Both the position numbers and the translations under genes were made by a program. A stretch of DNA of 64,000 bases from Naegleria gruberi (Eukaryota), in NCBI GenBank assembly GCA_000004985.1, contig GG738916.1. One strand, given 5' to 3'. Below, piece by piece: positions 52,563 through 63,368 of the stretch. Within the stretch, counting starts at the first letter, position 1. The number at the start of each line of letters is the position of its first letter. The notes beneath the pieces were generated by a model. It was given only the letters and a program-made list of their open reading frames with translations. It had not been told where the DNA came from and ran no database searches.

Positions 52563-52850
52563 TTAAAATGGCCAGCCAGTCAAATAAAACTTGACACCAG
52601 CAACAGCACCTGCAACAGTAACACCAACAGCAACACCAACTGGTCCACCAATGGCACCAGTGGCAGCTGCAGCTTGCATTGTAGAAACGGCACTTCCTGC
52701 AGCTACACCACCACCTGAAGCAATTGCAGTTGAGCTCATCCAAGCTGCTGCACAAGAACCAGCAGCAATGCCAGCTTTAGTAAATCCAAACCAAGAAACG
52801 GCTTGAGTAAATCCTAGGTATGTTAATGTTCCTGCAACAATGGAGGTCAT
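52563..52850 (-). CDS. IFI6/IFI27 (Ifi-6-16)-like small Gly/Ala-rich membrane protein
   Basis: 95 aa with two hydrophobic helices separated by a G/A-rich stretch (GIAAGSCAAAWMSSTAIASGGGVAAGSAVSTMQAAAATGAIGG), typical of the Ifi-6-16 family. GC-richer codons (gca/gct/ggt runs). Confidence 0.5.
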   Translation of the reverse strand: MTSIVAGTLTYLGFTQAVSWFGFTKAGIAAGSCAAAWMSSTAIASGGGVAAGSAVSTMQAAAATGAIGGPVGVAVGVTVAGAVAGVKFYLTGWPF

Positions 52851-53258
52851 TCTTTTTTTTTTATTTGAAAATTGATGGTTATTTGAGAATATGTGTGGGA
52901 ATTTAAAGGATTTTCAATGCTAAGATATTTTTGGAAAGAGTTGGGAATTCCCAACCTTTAGTTGGGTTTAAAGTGTAATATTGATTGGCACTATGCAGAA
53001 TCAACGATACTACAGTAATGACCAATCAGTTTACAAGAGAGTACTGTATCATTTTCAGTCTAATTTGCTTGTTCGGAGCAGTAAAAAAGCCATTCAATCT
53101 ACTACTAACATCTACTATTGAAAAATATAGAGGGTTACTGTTTAAGTCTCAAGCCAACAACAAACACCCTACCTAAACTTTATAACCAAGTAACAACCAT
53201 ATAAAAACTCCGTTGCTACTTTTTAACATGTTGACAATCAAAAAAAACAAGAGAAAAC

Positions 53259-54389
53259 ATGCAAACTGTATTCAAAACTGTGGCATTTGCTGTCATCCTT
53301 CTTACATTTCTCATCACCTCTTGTGCTGCCTCTGTAAAGATTTTAACATCAACAACAAGAATCAAGCCAGATCAAATCATGGAGATTGATATTAATCGTT
53401 CTGGCTATGTTGATCAAGTCATTCCATTCAGTATGAAACAACAGGAAGGTTACTTTATTGTTGCAAGTGGTCCGAATCAAATTCACAGTGTAGATTCGTC
53501 CAATCATGTGGATTCCTTCATGTTGAATATTGCAATGAGCTCTAAATGGATGACAATGGGAGTTGTTGAGACATGTGTTGGTGGTTTATTCACACCACAA
53601 TACAATTTGTTGAATCTTGTTTATTCTGGTGAGGAATTGGGCAAATCATATATTGTTCAAGTCAACTTGAAGAATTTAACACAAATTGTTGAGGTGATTT
53701 CACTTGGAGCTAACAGTCAAGTAATTGATGTTCACGAAAATCGTGAATTAAGTGTTTTGCACATTCTTGTAAAGAAGGCTCAATCTCTTTCACTTTTCAC
53801 ATTCGATCCAAAGAATAATTTACTGAGAGAGCAAGGTTATCCATTGATGACCACTGGAAAAGTAGCATTCATGAAAGATACAGGTATTTTTGTTGGTATT
53901 GGAAACTCAACCTATTCACATTTGTTGTTGGTTGACCCGTATTCATTGAAAATCATTGATGGACAAGATTTGGATTCTTTTGGAATTTTCAATATCCAAT
54001 CATTGAGCTGCTTCAATTCAATGATTAGTATTGTCTACTCCAAGTTTGCAACTCGTAATATCGTTTATCGTTATGAAGCTGCCTCAAAAGCTCTCTACTC
54101 CATGGGTGGATTATTCTATGCAACAATTAAGAGATTTTCCAATTGTGAAATGTTCAGCGATCAAGCAAAGGTTGTTTGTGTGAATAATAATAGAGAAATT
54201 GTGAAAGTTCCAATATCGTCGAATGAGGAAACAAATTATTATCCAATAGAATCTGCTGAGAATGATTTGTCTAAGGCTTTTACTCAGATGGATGATGAAG
54301 GTCAATTGTTGCTCTATATTCCACAAAATTATGCAACTGATGATGGCTCATTTAGAATTGCTGTTTATAATTATGCTAAATTTGAATAA
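53259..54389 (+). CDS. Hypothetical secreted protein (376 aa)
   Basis: Signal peptide MQTVFKTVAFAVILLTFLITSCAAS. No recognised domain. Confidence 0.35.
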   Translation: MQTVFKTVAFAVILLTFLITSCAASVKILTSTTRIKPDQIMEIDINRSGYVDQVIPFSMKQQEGYFIVASGPNQIHSVDSSNHVDSFMLNIAMSSKWMTMGVVETCVGGLFTPQYNLLNLVYSGEELGKSYIVQVNLKNLTQIVEVISLGANSQVIDVHENRELSVLHILVKKAQSLSLFTFDPKNNLLREQGYPLMTTGKVAFMKDTGIFVGIGNSTYSHLLLVDPYSLKIIDGQDLDSFGIFNIQSLSCFNSMISIVYSKFATRNIVYRYEAASKALYSMGGLFYATIKRFSNCEMFSDQAKVVCVNNNREIVKVPISSNEETNYYPIESAENDLSKAFTQMDDEGQLLLYIPQNYATDDGSFRIAVYNYAKFE

Positions 54390-54437
54390 ACTTATTTTCC
54401 CCAAGCAATTTAAATAAATAATTTAATCAAAATTCCT

Positions 54438-57400
54438 TTAAAAGAGAGGATAATTTAGAAGGTTCGATCTCTCGCAAACAATCTCGGGAGGTGTCTTATT
54501 CATTCTAGATCTGTAGACCTCCCTTAGATCGTCAATACTTGAAACACCTGTAAAAGTTGTTGTAACTCTAGGTACAAAATACAATCTCAATCGTTTTAGT
54601 TTTTGAAGTTGAATGACAAAATTGAGTAGACTTTGATAGGACAAGTCTTTTGTTCCTCTTCCAAAAATTTCAACATCTCTCAATTCTGTACATTTTTCTT
54701 CCAATCTTTCGAAAAAGTCTCTGGTTGGATTGTTACCATCCAATTCAATGTAGAGTGAATTCAATTTGTGATAACATCGCAAGGTATCCAATAATTCTGG
54801 AATTTCTTCATTGGAAAATTTGTAGTTGTGAATGTGGAAAGATTTGAGGTTGTGACATAACCTCTCGCTTGCGGTAAATTCATTCTTCCAATCCAAAGCT
54901 TTGATATTTACAGGTTTGTCAATTATTAAACATGTTAAACTGTGGGAATGATACTCGTAAATGGTCTTTAAAATAGAAAGACTGAAGAATTGAGAATTGT
55001 TCTTCAGAATAATATGGGAAAGTGAGGGAGGGAAAAATAGGGTAGTTCTAGGTTTTCTGGAGGATAGAGAAGTGTCGGAACGAGATTTTGGTATGATATT
55101 AATTTCACTCGTGCTAATGCTGGAATCGGATGATTTCTTGGAAAGTGTTGGGTTGTTAAATTTTCCACTGGCTGCTTTAAATAATTTGATAAAACTTGCC
55201 TCGATTTCATCTATTGGAACAGCATCATTCTTTTGGTTGGAAACAGTAATGGATCTCAAACTAGGGAAGGAAAAGAGTGTAAACAGGATATTGAATATAG
55301 TGGCCGAAGTTTTGTTAAATGTCAAACTCTGAACTTTGAAACATCTCAAAAGCTTTTCATTATTAATTAATGTAAAGTCATTAGATTGAACTTGATTAAT
55401 TTCGGAAGACTCGACAAGTGTCATGAAGGTATGTACTGATGGAGTTCCACTGGAAATGTGATCAGACAATGAAAAACTCTTCAACGATTTCCTAAATAAA
55501 TATAAAATTTGTGCAATTAAAGTATCAGATATGGAGCAGTTAGAAATCTCCAAATATTCCAAAATATGGGAACTGGTGAGTAAGTTGAAACATTTTGGAT
55601 TGAGAGTGTTATCTATTTTTTTGGTTGTAATATTTGTCATTTTCAGATTTCTTAGAGAAGGACAAATGGCCAATGTTTCAATCAGAGTGGTTTCATCGCT
55701 GATCATGTAGTGGTCAATTGTCAATTTGGATAATTTTTCGAATTTTCCTTGAGGGAACCCTAAGAATGCATAGTCTAGTATGGCCTTTTCACAAGTTGAC
55801 AATAGATAAACCTCTCTCAATGATTTGGTATGATGTCGTAAGATCTTTAGCACACCAGATGTGACATCAACTGAGCCGTTCTGAGTGTGACGGAAGTATT
55901 GGAGAGTATTTTTACATCCCAGCACGAAAGATTGATCAGCCAATCCTCCAGAAAGTATAAATGACCAATCAGTTGCTGCTCCATGATCTACAGTGGAAAG
56001 TCGTGTTAACATTGGAAATAGTACAATAGGATTAGAGCACGTCTGCTTCTTGAGATACTGCAACAATTGTTGGAATAGTGTATCAGATTCAGTACTGGCC
56101 TTATGTTGATAAAAATCTATTGATTGAAGATGAGAACTCTTGAGCCTGTTCAAGAATTTTTCAATGACTTGACTTTCGTTGGAGAGGGAGTGAAAAAGCT
56201 TGGAAGCAAGTTTGGATGTATTTCCAACCACAACGCCACTACTCAGGTTCATAGGTAGTGTGGATATTGCTCCGTTAAATGAAATTGATTTGAGTTTTGG
56301 AAAGTCTTGAATAATATCTACTTGATCCAAAAATCCATGTGGCACCAATCCTCCAATTGTGAGATGAGTCAATCCCTTTTTCAAATGCTCCAAAGGTTGC
56401 AGAGAGTCAATTGTATTACTTCCAGTAGTTACTCCATCAAATACTACCTTTAAGGAAACCAGTGAGGTTGTTAATTTCAATAGAGAATTTAGCTCTCCTT
56501 TCTTTTTTGGTAAGTAATTGAGAAGATTCAGCTCTCTAATTCTAGGAAGTAAGCTTTCAAAGTTTAAAAGATTCAGATTTTGATCTTCAACATTTGGGCT
56601 GGTATTGATGGTTATCTCTGGGTCCTGACCTGTTGCCATTAGTTTGGAAAAAAAGCTACTCGATGCTGTTTTCAAATTTGGGAAAATCGAGTCAAAAGCA
56701 AAGGTTTTCGTAAAAGTCAAACTTAAACGAGTAATATTCTTAAAAATTCCAATTTGAATCAAACTCTTTCTAAAGCTACTAATAACACTATCCACTAGAA
56801 TTTCATCTCCAAAATATCTCAAATCAAAAGTATTAAAATCAATCAAATATTGTTGAATTCCGAGTTCATTAGCCATATCCATATCCAAAGAAATTTTCTT
56901 ATCCATGAAATCAAACTTTGAAAGGTACTGTGTGAATTCATTGTGTGCAGAGTTTGTTCTGACCATTCTTGGAGTATTCGCTTCTGACCTTGGCGTGGTT
57001 ACACTAGTTGGAGTATCTCTACCTCTTGGTGTGATGGTTTGAGAACGAGATTGTTTAGTCGGTGTGGAGGGAACTGACTTTTTCTTATCTTCCCCATTCC
57101 TAGCCATTTCCACAAGTGTTTGAATCAGGAATTGAAATGTTGATTTTTTCAATCGGTTCTTTAATGATTTTCCATCACTCATACCATTGATTATACTCGT
57201 ATTGTTACTATTGTGTTGATGATTACTAGGTGTATTGGATGATGATGACAATGACGAAGATGACACATTAATAGAATTATCAATAGCATATTCCAATCCA
57301 CCTCCCACAATGTACAAAGTTACCAGAACTGATAACCACTTACTCGACAAGATCTCCTTCATCAATGTCTTATCATCCATGAATGACATGATTTGATAGT

Positions 57401-57686
57401 GAATTTCCAGAGGAAGTTTGGAAAATAAATTTCTAAACCTAACAACGGCCTGGCTCGCATTGATATTAACCAATCCAGGTGTATGTTCTCTACTCGATGG
57501 TAGAATCTTCCGAATTGGAGAATCAGCATTAAAATCCCTGAAAAAGTCATCATATAAATTTTGTAGTGAATTGTTGAAAATTATGGTTTTTGATGAGGAG
57601 TCATCTTGATGATTCGGATGTTGATGACCATTCTTTTGATCTATTGTAGAAGATAAATCTTTCCTATTATTATTATTATTTTGCAT
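54438..57686 (-). CDS. F-box / LRR protein with Asn-rich N-terminus (1082 aa)
   Basis: F-box LPLEIHYQIMSFMDDKTLMKEILSSKWLSV. LRR-type repeats throughout (LRNLKMTNI, LEYLEISNCSISD, LRSITVSN). Confidence 0.45.
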   Translation of the reverse strand: MQNNNNNRKDLSSTIDQKNGHQHPNHQDDSSSKTIIFNNSLQNLYDDFFRDFNADSPIRKILPSSREHTPGLVNINASQAVVRFRNLFSKLPLEIHYQIMSFMDDKTLMKEILSSKWLSVLVTLYIVGGGLEYAIDNSINVSSSSLSSSSNTPSNHQHNSNNTSIINGMSDGKSLKNRLKKSTFQFLIQTLVEMARNGEDKKKSVPSTPTKQSRSQTITPRGRDTPTSVTTPRSEANTPRMVRTNSAHNEFTQYLSKFDFMDKKISLDMDMANELGIQQYLIDFNTFDLRYFGDEILVDSVISSFRKSLIQIGIFKNITRLSLTFTKTFAFDSIFPNLKTASSSFFSKLMATGQDPEITINTSPNVEDQNLNLLNFESLLPRIRELNLLNYLPKKKGELNSLLKLTTSLVSLKVVFDGVTTGSNTIDSLQPLEHLKKGLTHLTIGGLVPHGFLDQVDIIQDFPKLKSISFNGAISTLPMNLSSGVVVGNTSKLASKLFHSLSNESQVIEKFLNRLKSSHLQSIDFYQHKASTESDTLFQQLLQYLKKQTCSNPIVLFPMLTRLSTVDHGAATDWSFILSGGLADQSFVLGCKNTLQYFRHTQNGSVDVTSGVLKILRHHTKSLREVYLLSTCEKAILDYAFLGFPQGKFEKLSKLTIDHYMISDETTLIETLAICPSLRNLKMTNITTKKIDNTLNPKCFNLLTSSHILEYLEISNCSISDTLIAQILYLFRKSLKSFSLSDHISSGTPSVHTFMTLVESSEINQVQSNDFTLINNEKLLRCFKVQSLTFNKTSATIFNILFTLFSFPSLRSITVSNQKNDAVPIDEIEASFIKLFKAASGKFNNPTLSKKSSDSSISTSEINIIPKSRSDTSLSSRKPRTTLFFPPSLSHIILKNNSQFFSLSILKTIYEYHSHSLTCLIIDKPVNIKALDWKNEFTASERLCHNLKSFHIHNYKFSNEEIPELLDTLRCYHKLNSLYIELDGNNPTRDFFERLEEKCTELRDVEIFGRGTKDLSYQSLLNFVIQLQKLKRLRLYFVPRVTTTFTGVSSIDDLREVYRSRMNKTPPEIVCERSNLLNYPLF

Positions 57687-58201
57687 CTGTTTAAAACCAA
57701 ATTTTGATGATGATGAAAATTATTACAGCAGCATAAGCAGCAGTTAATTGTAATTACTATAATACTATTATTCTTTAGGAGTGTTTATATTAACAAGGCC
57801 ATCAATAGCGCATAAAGAACACAACTGGTTGCCTATTTCCTTTTTTCGTGAAGTGTTCTTTTATGTTGTCAATGCTGACGATCAATAAATTGCTTTTCCA
57901 AATAATCAAATTTTTTTGTCAATTATCGAATATCGTTCTACGTGATGATAACAAGGCTGGTATTATTGTTTTGAAGCTTTCAGTGAAATTGGATAACGAT
58001 GACGAATTCATAAGGAGTTGGTTGGCTTTTGGGTGGTGTTATAATCGTGTGTTACAACATTGGGAGTTACAACCAATAATTTATTAATAAATCAACCTTG
58101 AAATTGAAAGAACTTGTTGCCTCTACTTGAACAAGATCAAAAAAAACAACTCCTGTATCTGTTAGTGTTTGCACAAGAGAGCCAAGTTATTGTTATTCAT
58201 C

Positions 58202-59080
58202 ATGAGTCAAGTTGAATTTAAAGAAATTAAACCTGGTATTTTCCACTTTAGAAATTTGTTGAGCAAGGAAGAGTGTGAGGAGATTATCCAACACGGAGAG
58301 AAGACTTCCTACAAGCAAGTACCTACAACTGGTGGCAGACAATTGGTTTGGTGTGGAGTGGAGGCTTCCGAGGTTAGAAATAATCAGAGAATTATTGAAG
58401 AGTGCACTGAATTTACTAGAAGATATAGTGCCACCATCTTTGAAAGAGTGGCCAAGCATCTTCCAAAAGATTTGGAATTTAGATTCAAGAGTTTGCCAAC
58501 TGAAGTTAATCGTGCTGATGTTTGTCCTACTTTGGAGAAGGCAAAGGAATGGAAATTATTCAGTGTGAGCGATAAGTTTAGAATGTACAAGTATGAGAAG
58601 AAGCAACATTTCCTCAAGCATTTTGATGGCACCAATAAGAGAATTCTCTCCTTGACTGAAGGTAAAAAACCTGTCAAGCAATTTACTGAACAAAGCTTTA
58701 TGACATTCCTTGTCTATTTGAATGATGTTGAAAAGGGAGGTGAAACTCAATTCTTTGATACCTATTCCAAGGAAGAAACCTTTGATATCAAGCCAGAAAT
58801 GGGTAGTGGTGTTGTTTTCTTGCACGAATTGCTTCATCAAGGTAATGATGTCTTGGGTGGCGTCAAGTACTTGTTGAGAACTGATATTTGCTACATGAAA
58901 CAAAAGGAAATTGTTGAGGATGGTCAAAAGAATATCAATTATACCATGAAGGTTTCTGCAGATCAAAAGAAGAATAAGAATTCACAAAACAACATCTTGG
59001 AGCTTTTACCACAAGGAGACTATGCCATTTCAGAATGGCAAAAGATTTTCCATCCAAGTTGTCAACACTATACTGACTAG
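58202..59080 (+). CDS. Prolyl-4-hydroxylase-like 2-oxoglutarate/Fe(II)-dependent oxygenase
   Basis: The track start 58169 is TTG; the first ATG is 58202 (MSQVEFKEIKPG). P4Hc core KHFDGTNKR...FMTFLVYLNDVEKGGETQFFD...PEMGSGVVFLHELLHQGNDVLGGVKYLLRTD contains the His-x-Asp...His iron triad and the distal Arg/Lys. Confidence 0.6.
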   Translation: MSQVEFKEIKPGIFHFRNLLSKEECEEIIQHGEKTSYKQVPTTGGRQLVWCGVEASEVRNNQRIIEECTEFTRRYSATIFERVAKHLPKDLEFRFKSLPTEVNRADVCPTLEKAKEWKLFSVSDKFRMYKYEKKQHFLKHFDGTNKRILSLTEGKKPVKQFTEQSFMTFLVYLNDVEKGGETQFFDTYSKEETFDIKPEMGSGVVFLHELLHQGNDVLGGVKYLLRTDICYMKQKEIVEDGQKNINYTMKVSADQKKNKNSQNNILELLPQGDYAISEWQKIFHPSCQHYTD

Positions 59081-59514
59081 ATGCATTCACAAGCATTACA
59101 CACAATGATGACAGAAACTGAGTGTGGACCAATTTTTCAATCCATGATTAATAACGAATCAGTGTTGATTAGTCGAAAGGATTGAATAATTTCATACACT
59201 TTGAAAATCTCTTTCACACTCTTGGAAAGAGACCTACTGAGAGCTCTGCACAATTCAAAACAATGTACATTAGGAATAGAGCTTATTCTGCCAATTATTG
59301 GTGAAGATACATTTCAAATAAATGAACTGTTTGAAAATCACACAACGCCTAAAATCAGACCATAAAATCAATTTTCAAATTGAACATACACCTATATTTC
59401 CACCTTTACAATGAAAATTCCCCTTAATGGCTTTTAAGCCTAAAAACAGGTTCATAAAAGGCGAATTTTAAAAATATCCGTAAAGGTGCCGAGAACCCAA
59501 ACAAACAAAAAAAA

Positions 59515-59646
59515 ATGTCTTTGAACGTTGATACTAAATCATTCGCTTGTGGTGTTGCTACTGGTATTCTCATCTCTGTCGTCGGTCTCTTGGTCTGCAA
59601 GAAGTGTTGTTGCAAGAAGGACGGATGTTGCAAGAAGCAAGAATAA
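59515..59646 (+). CDS. Small single-pass membrane protein (43 aa) with Cys/Lys-rich tail. Below the ORF-track size cutoff.
   Basis: ATG in A-rich context (AAAAAAAATGTCT). MSLNVDTKSFACGVATGILISVVGLLVCKKCCCKKDGCCKKQE. Strongly C-ending codon choice (ctc, atc, gtc, tgc, aag, gac) against an AT-rich background, as seen in highly expressed genes. Confidence 0.35.
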   Translation: MSLNVDTKSFACGVATGILISVVGLLVCKKCCCKKDGCCKKQE

Positions 59647-59881
59647 GTCTGTTGTGGTCTACCTTGATATCACTTAATAAAGTTCTTTTTGGATTTCATC
59701 TAATATTTATCGTAAGATGACACCCTTTTTGGAGTATTTTGAAGAAGTCTTAGATTAACATTAAAATCTATCATAGCCATCATGAAAGGCAAGCAGGAAG
59801 GTTGGTTTCAAAATCAGAAAGGTTGCAATAAGGCATGGTAATTTGAGCAAGAATTATTTAATCATTGGTTGGTGACCGCGA

Positions 59882-59954
59882 TCCCCCTTAGCTCAGTCGG
59901 TAGAGCGTCAGACTGTTAATCTGCAGGTCGGTGGTTCGAGCCCACCAGGGGGAG
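59882..59954 (+). tRNA. tRNA-Asn (anticodon GUU)
   Basis: TCCCCCTTAGCTCAGTCGGTAGAGCGTCAGACTGTTAATCTGCAGGTCGGTGGTTCGAGCCCACCAGGGGGAG. Acceptor 7 bp TCCCCCT/AGGGGGA. D-stem GCTC/GAGC. Anticodon loop CTGTTAA. T-arm GGTGG-TTCGAGC-CCACC. One 27-43 mismatch. No intron. Confidence 0.85.
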
Positions 59955-60117
59955 ATAATTATTTTGTTGAGTCTGTTCAATTTTTTCTATTTCATGTTGC
60001 ACAATTTACTTGCACTTATTTTATATGTTAATTGAAATAAATAATAAACAATTGTAATTTCATTTAACAAAGGAATTTCCAATTTTTACTAAGACTCGAA
60101 CAGGATGCAGAGAATGA

Positions 60118-61473
60118 ATGATGAAGATTTACAAAAAAATGTCAGACTTGTTGATGTTTCACAGCCACGATTTAACTGATCAATTACCAACAGAAATGTT
60201 GTTAGAAATATTTTCCTTCCTCCATTCAAAATTCCGCCTCCTAACGCTTTCTCTCGTTTGTAAAAAGTGGAAGTTTCTATCGCTCACCAAAACGAAATTT
60301 AATGTTGAATTTAAAGGTGCAAAATCATCAACATTTATTAATAATGCACTATTTGAAATTGATCGGCAGCAGCTACTTGTAGATAAATTGGAATTTGGTG
60401 AAAACCCAGTTTCTCAAGCAACATTGGAAATTGTTGAAAATTTAAGAACAAGTTTACAATATTTAAAATGTCTTGTTCCTATTGATGAATTGCGGTTTAT
60501 TATTAATCAATTTTCAAATTTAAAATCTCTTGATATCAGAAGATCTAAATTATCTGATAATTCAATTTGTCATGAATTAATGAATAGCAAATTGTCATTA
60601 CCTAATTTAGTAGAATTGAAAATTGAAAATGAATTTAATAATGCAAAAACAGGTGATCATTCAATTAAAGCACAGCTTGTTTCCTTGACGATTGATGGTC
60701 CTAAAACGTATGGACGTATGTTCAAAATTAGGAAACCAGTTGTTGCTAATTTAGAATATCCAAATTTGAAAAAATTGGAACTAATTGACGTTGTTATTGA
60801 AAGTAGAACCTTGCCAATCGGTTTGAAATCACTTGCATTGATTGGATGCGATGTGAATTTCATAGAATTTGAAAGAGTTTCTGAAAGTTTAGAAAAATTA
60901 GAAATTAACCTTGTTACTACTGATGATGTTAATTTTTTACAAAAATCTAATTTAAAGAATTTAAAGAAATTAAAGATTACTAATCAGGATTTAACATTTT
61001 GGGAGAAATTAGAGAAGGTTTATCAAGATGAGTGGAAAGCTTTTACTTTAACAAGTTTTACCTTTGATAGAAATTATTCCAAAACGGTAAAAAAATTATG
61101 TAACTTGGATCTGTTAACAAGTTTAGACATTAGCAATGGCAAAATTTCATCCAATGATGTTATTGATCTTCTTAATGAATGTGAAATGAAAAATTTAACA
61201 AAATTGAAAGCTCAAAATTGTTCACTTTCTCAAGAAGTAATTCCAATTATAGAGAAAATGAAATCATTGAAATATTTGGACTTGAGTTTAAATTCATCAA
61301 TGAAAGATTCTGAAAGAGAGATTATTTGTGGAATGGAAATTGATTATATTGATTGTGGTGGAAAAAACTTCGATGAAATGAAAGAAACTAATGTTGAATT
61401 TTTAGATTCACTTTCGAATATTTCAATTTTTGAACCTAGAAAGAGCATTGAAATTTTGGAAACCAAAAATTAA
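60118..61473 (+). CDS. F-box / LRR protein (451 aa)
   Basis: F-box LPTEMLLEIFSFLHSKFRLLTLSLVCKKWKFL. LRRs include LKSLDIRRSKLSDNS, LEKLEINLVT, LKKLKITNQDL and LKYLDLSLN. Confidence 0.5.
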   Translation: MMKIYKKMSDLLMFHSHDLTDQLPTEMLLEIFSFLHSKFRLLTLSLVCKKWKFLSLTKTKFNVEFKGAKSSTFINNALFEIDRQQLLVDKLEFGENPVSQATLEIVENLRTSLQYLKCLVPIDELRFIINQFSNLKSLDIRRSKLSDNSICHELMNSKLSLPNLVELKIENEFNNAKTGDHSIKAQLVSLTIDGPKTYGRMFKIRKPVVANLEYPNLKKLELIDVVIESRTLPIGLKSLALIGCDVNFIEFERVSESLEKLEINLVTTDDVNFLQKSNLKNLKKLKITNQDLTFWEKLEKVYQDEWKAFTLTSFTFDRNYSKTVKKLCNLDLLTSLDISNGKISSNDVIDLLNECEMKNLTKLKAQNCSLSQEVIPIIEKMKSLKYLDLSLNSSMKDSEREIICGMEIDYIDCGGKNFDEMKETNVEFLDSLSNISIFEPRKSIEILETKN

Positions 61474-61500
61474 TTTGATATTGATAAGAAATTCAGTTTA

Positions 61501-63216
61501 TTGATTAAGGAAATTCATGGAATTACAAACAGACACAATCAATTCAAATCAAGGAAATATTTTTCCTATTCAGTAGAATGTTCAATAGTTTCCAATAGGA
61601 AAAGTTCAGAAATTCACTCGACAAGAATGATTCCATTCACAGAAAACTTACACTGGAACGAAGAAATTACATTTAATTCATTGATTTCTGAAATTTCATG
61701 TGACTATTGCATTCAAATTTCACTCATACGTTTCGATTTGGATTCAATGACAGGTACACTTTCCAGAAGGGAATTTCTTAAATGTAAATGTCCAGTATTC
61801 GATTCAAGCTTTCAATTATACCAAGGAGATTTAAATTTGCATTTGGACTCGGATATTTACCTAAATGTTGAGTTTCAAAATCATGGTTTTAATATCAAAT
61901 ATGAATTGGACAGGCCTATTGAACGACCATTTTTAGAGACTTTTGATATGGAAACAGGAATTGACTTGAGCGATTCCTCATTACTTGTTCCATTCCTTCG
62001 AAGAATTTCGTTTGAAAATCAATGGGTTATTTATGAATCTAGAAAATTAATTTCACAATGGGAAAAACCAGAAATTCATGAAATTGTAATATTACTCAGT
62101 GGAAATATTGGATTATTTGTAAAATCATTAATTATTCAATTATTGGAGCAAGTAGATCATGGTTTATTAACAAGTTTGTTACCATTTCTCATTCATTGTG
62201 TCAAATTTGATTCAGTGAATGGTGTACTAGTTGAATATTTATTGAAGTTATCGGTGAAATCAAAATCTATTGGAAATCAATTGTTTTGGCTTTTAAAAAC
62301 AGAATCAATTTATCATCAAGTGTGTAAATTAACGATTTCAAAATATTTGAAAATGATAGATAATGATGATATTGAAATTATTAGAAACCAATGTTTATTT
62401 TTCGATTCTATTGAGGAACGTAAAACATTCGAATTGAACTATCAAGTATTAATGCCTTTTACCATGTCCAAAATTAAAACTATTCACAAATTTATCTATC
62501 CTGAAACCAAGATTCAAAATCCACAACTTCACTTGGAGCTTGACAATGGAACATTCCTTGAATTGATTTACTATTCAAATTCTCCTGATATTTATTCAAC
62601 TTTTGCAATCAATAATTTTATAAATATTATTGGAAGAGATGTAAATAACACTACTATTGGACATTTTGTAATTGGATATAGGAGAGGATTTGTGATCATT
62701 CCAGATTCATTGAAACTTGTCCAAATTAATGAAACTGGTTTTCAAATATTTAGTGAACTTTGCAAAAACCAAAAAGCTCAAACATTTGCAGAGAATTTCA
62801 CAACAAGTTTAATATTAGAAATGTTTATAGCAGTATACTTTAATTCCAATTCTATTGATGAATTTTACATTAATGAAGAAGGTGGCATAATGTTGAAACT
62901 GTATTCTCTTTCATACACGAAAGAATTCGCATCTAAAAGAAACCAGAATAAGTTTGATGGATGGCTTACAAAATATCATGATGATTTCATTGAAAAGTTA
63001 AAGAATTTGATTCAAAAATTGGTGGACTATTTGAAGAAAACTGGATTGGCTTTTGGATTTTTTACTGCATTCACTCTTCCATCTCAATCTTGTGGATTTA
63101 GTAATCAGATTCATTTACAATACTTTACAAAATTTTTGAATGAAGATGTGAATATTGTGAGCGAGAAAATTCTACCAACATTTTTCTCCTCAGATCACTA
63201 TTCTAAAACCAACTAA
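61501..63216 (+). CDS. PI3K/PI4K-like protein with degenerate catalytic motifs (putative pseudokinase). Start uncertain.
   Basis: The track start 61501 is TTG; the first in-frame ATG is 61623 (MIPFTENLHW). C2-like N-terminal region, helical middle domain, and a C-terminal lipid-kinase-like domain. The catalytic-loop position reads AVYFNSNSID instead of GDRHxxN, and the DFG position reads KLYSLS. Confidence 0.4.
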   Translation: MIKEIHGITNRHNQFKSRKYFSYSVECSIVSNRKSSEIHSTRMIPFTENLHWNEEITFNSLISEISCDYCIQISLIRFDLDSMTGTLSRREFLKCKCPVFDSSFQLYQGDLNLHLDSDIYLNVEFQNHGFNIKYELDRPIERPFLETFDMETGIDLSDSSLLVPFLRRISFENQWVIYESRKLISQWEKPEIHEIVILLSGNIGLFVKSLIIQLLEQVDHGLLTSLLPFLIHCVKFDSVNGVLVEYLLKLSVKSKSIGNQLFWLLKTESIYHQVCKLTISKYLKMIDNDDIEIIRNQCLFFDSIEERKTFELNYQVLMPFTMSKIKTIHKFIYPETKIQNPQLHLELDNGTFLELIYYSNSPDIYSTFAINNFINIIGRDVNNTTIGHFVIGYRRGFVIIPDSLKLVQINETGFQIFSELCKNQKAQTFAENFTTSLILEMFIAVYFNSNSIDEFYINEEGGIMLKLYSLSYTKEFASKRNQNKFDGWLTKYHDDFIEKLKNLIQKLVDYLKKTGLAFGFFTAFTLPSQSCGFSNQIHLQYFTKFLNEDVNIVSEKILPTFFSSDHYSKTN

Positions 63217-63368
63217 ACCCACGTATTAGTAGTAACACAACAAATGAATATTCTTTACAAAAAGAACTTTGAACATTGGAATCAAAACGTCAAATCACTC
63301 ATCACAAAACATTTCATGAAATTTGATTTTTCTTCCATTTTGCAATCTGATTTCCTGTATGTAAAAAA

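Noticed and set aside
60118-63216. Possible fusion of the F-box/LRR gene with the downstream PI3K-like ORF (open frame begins 7 bp after the F-box gene stop)
   Set aside because: No GT donor exists upstream of the TAA that could bypass it in frame. They are treated as separate genes, with the PI3K-like start left unresolved.
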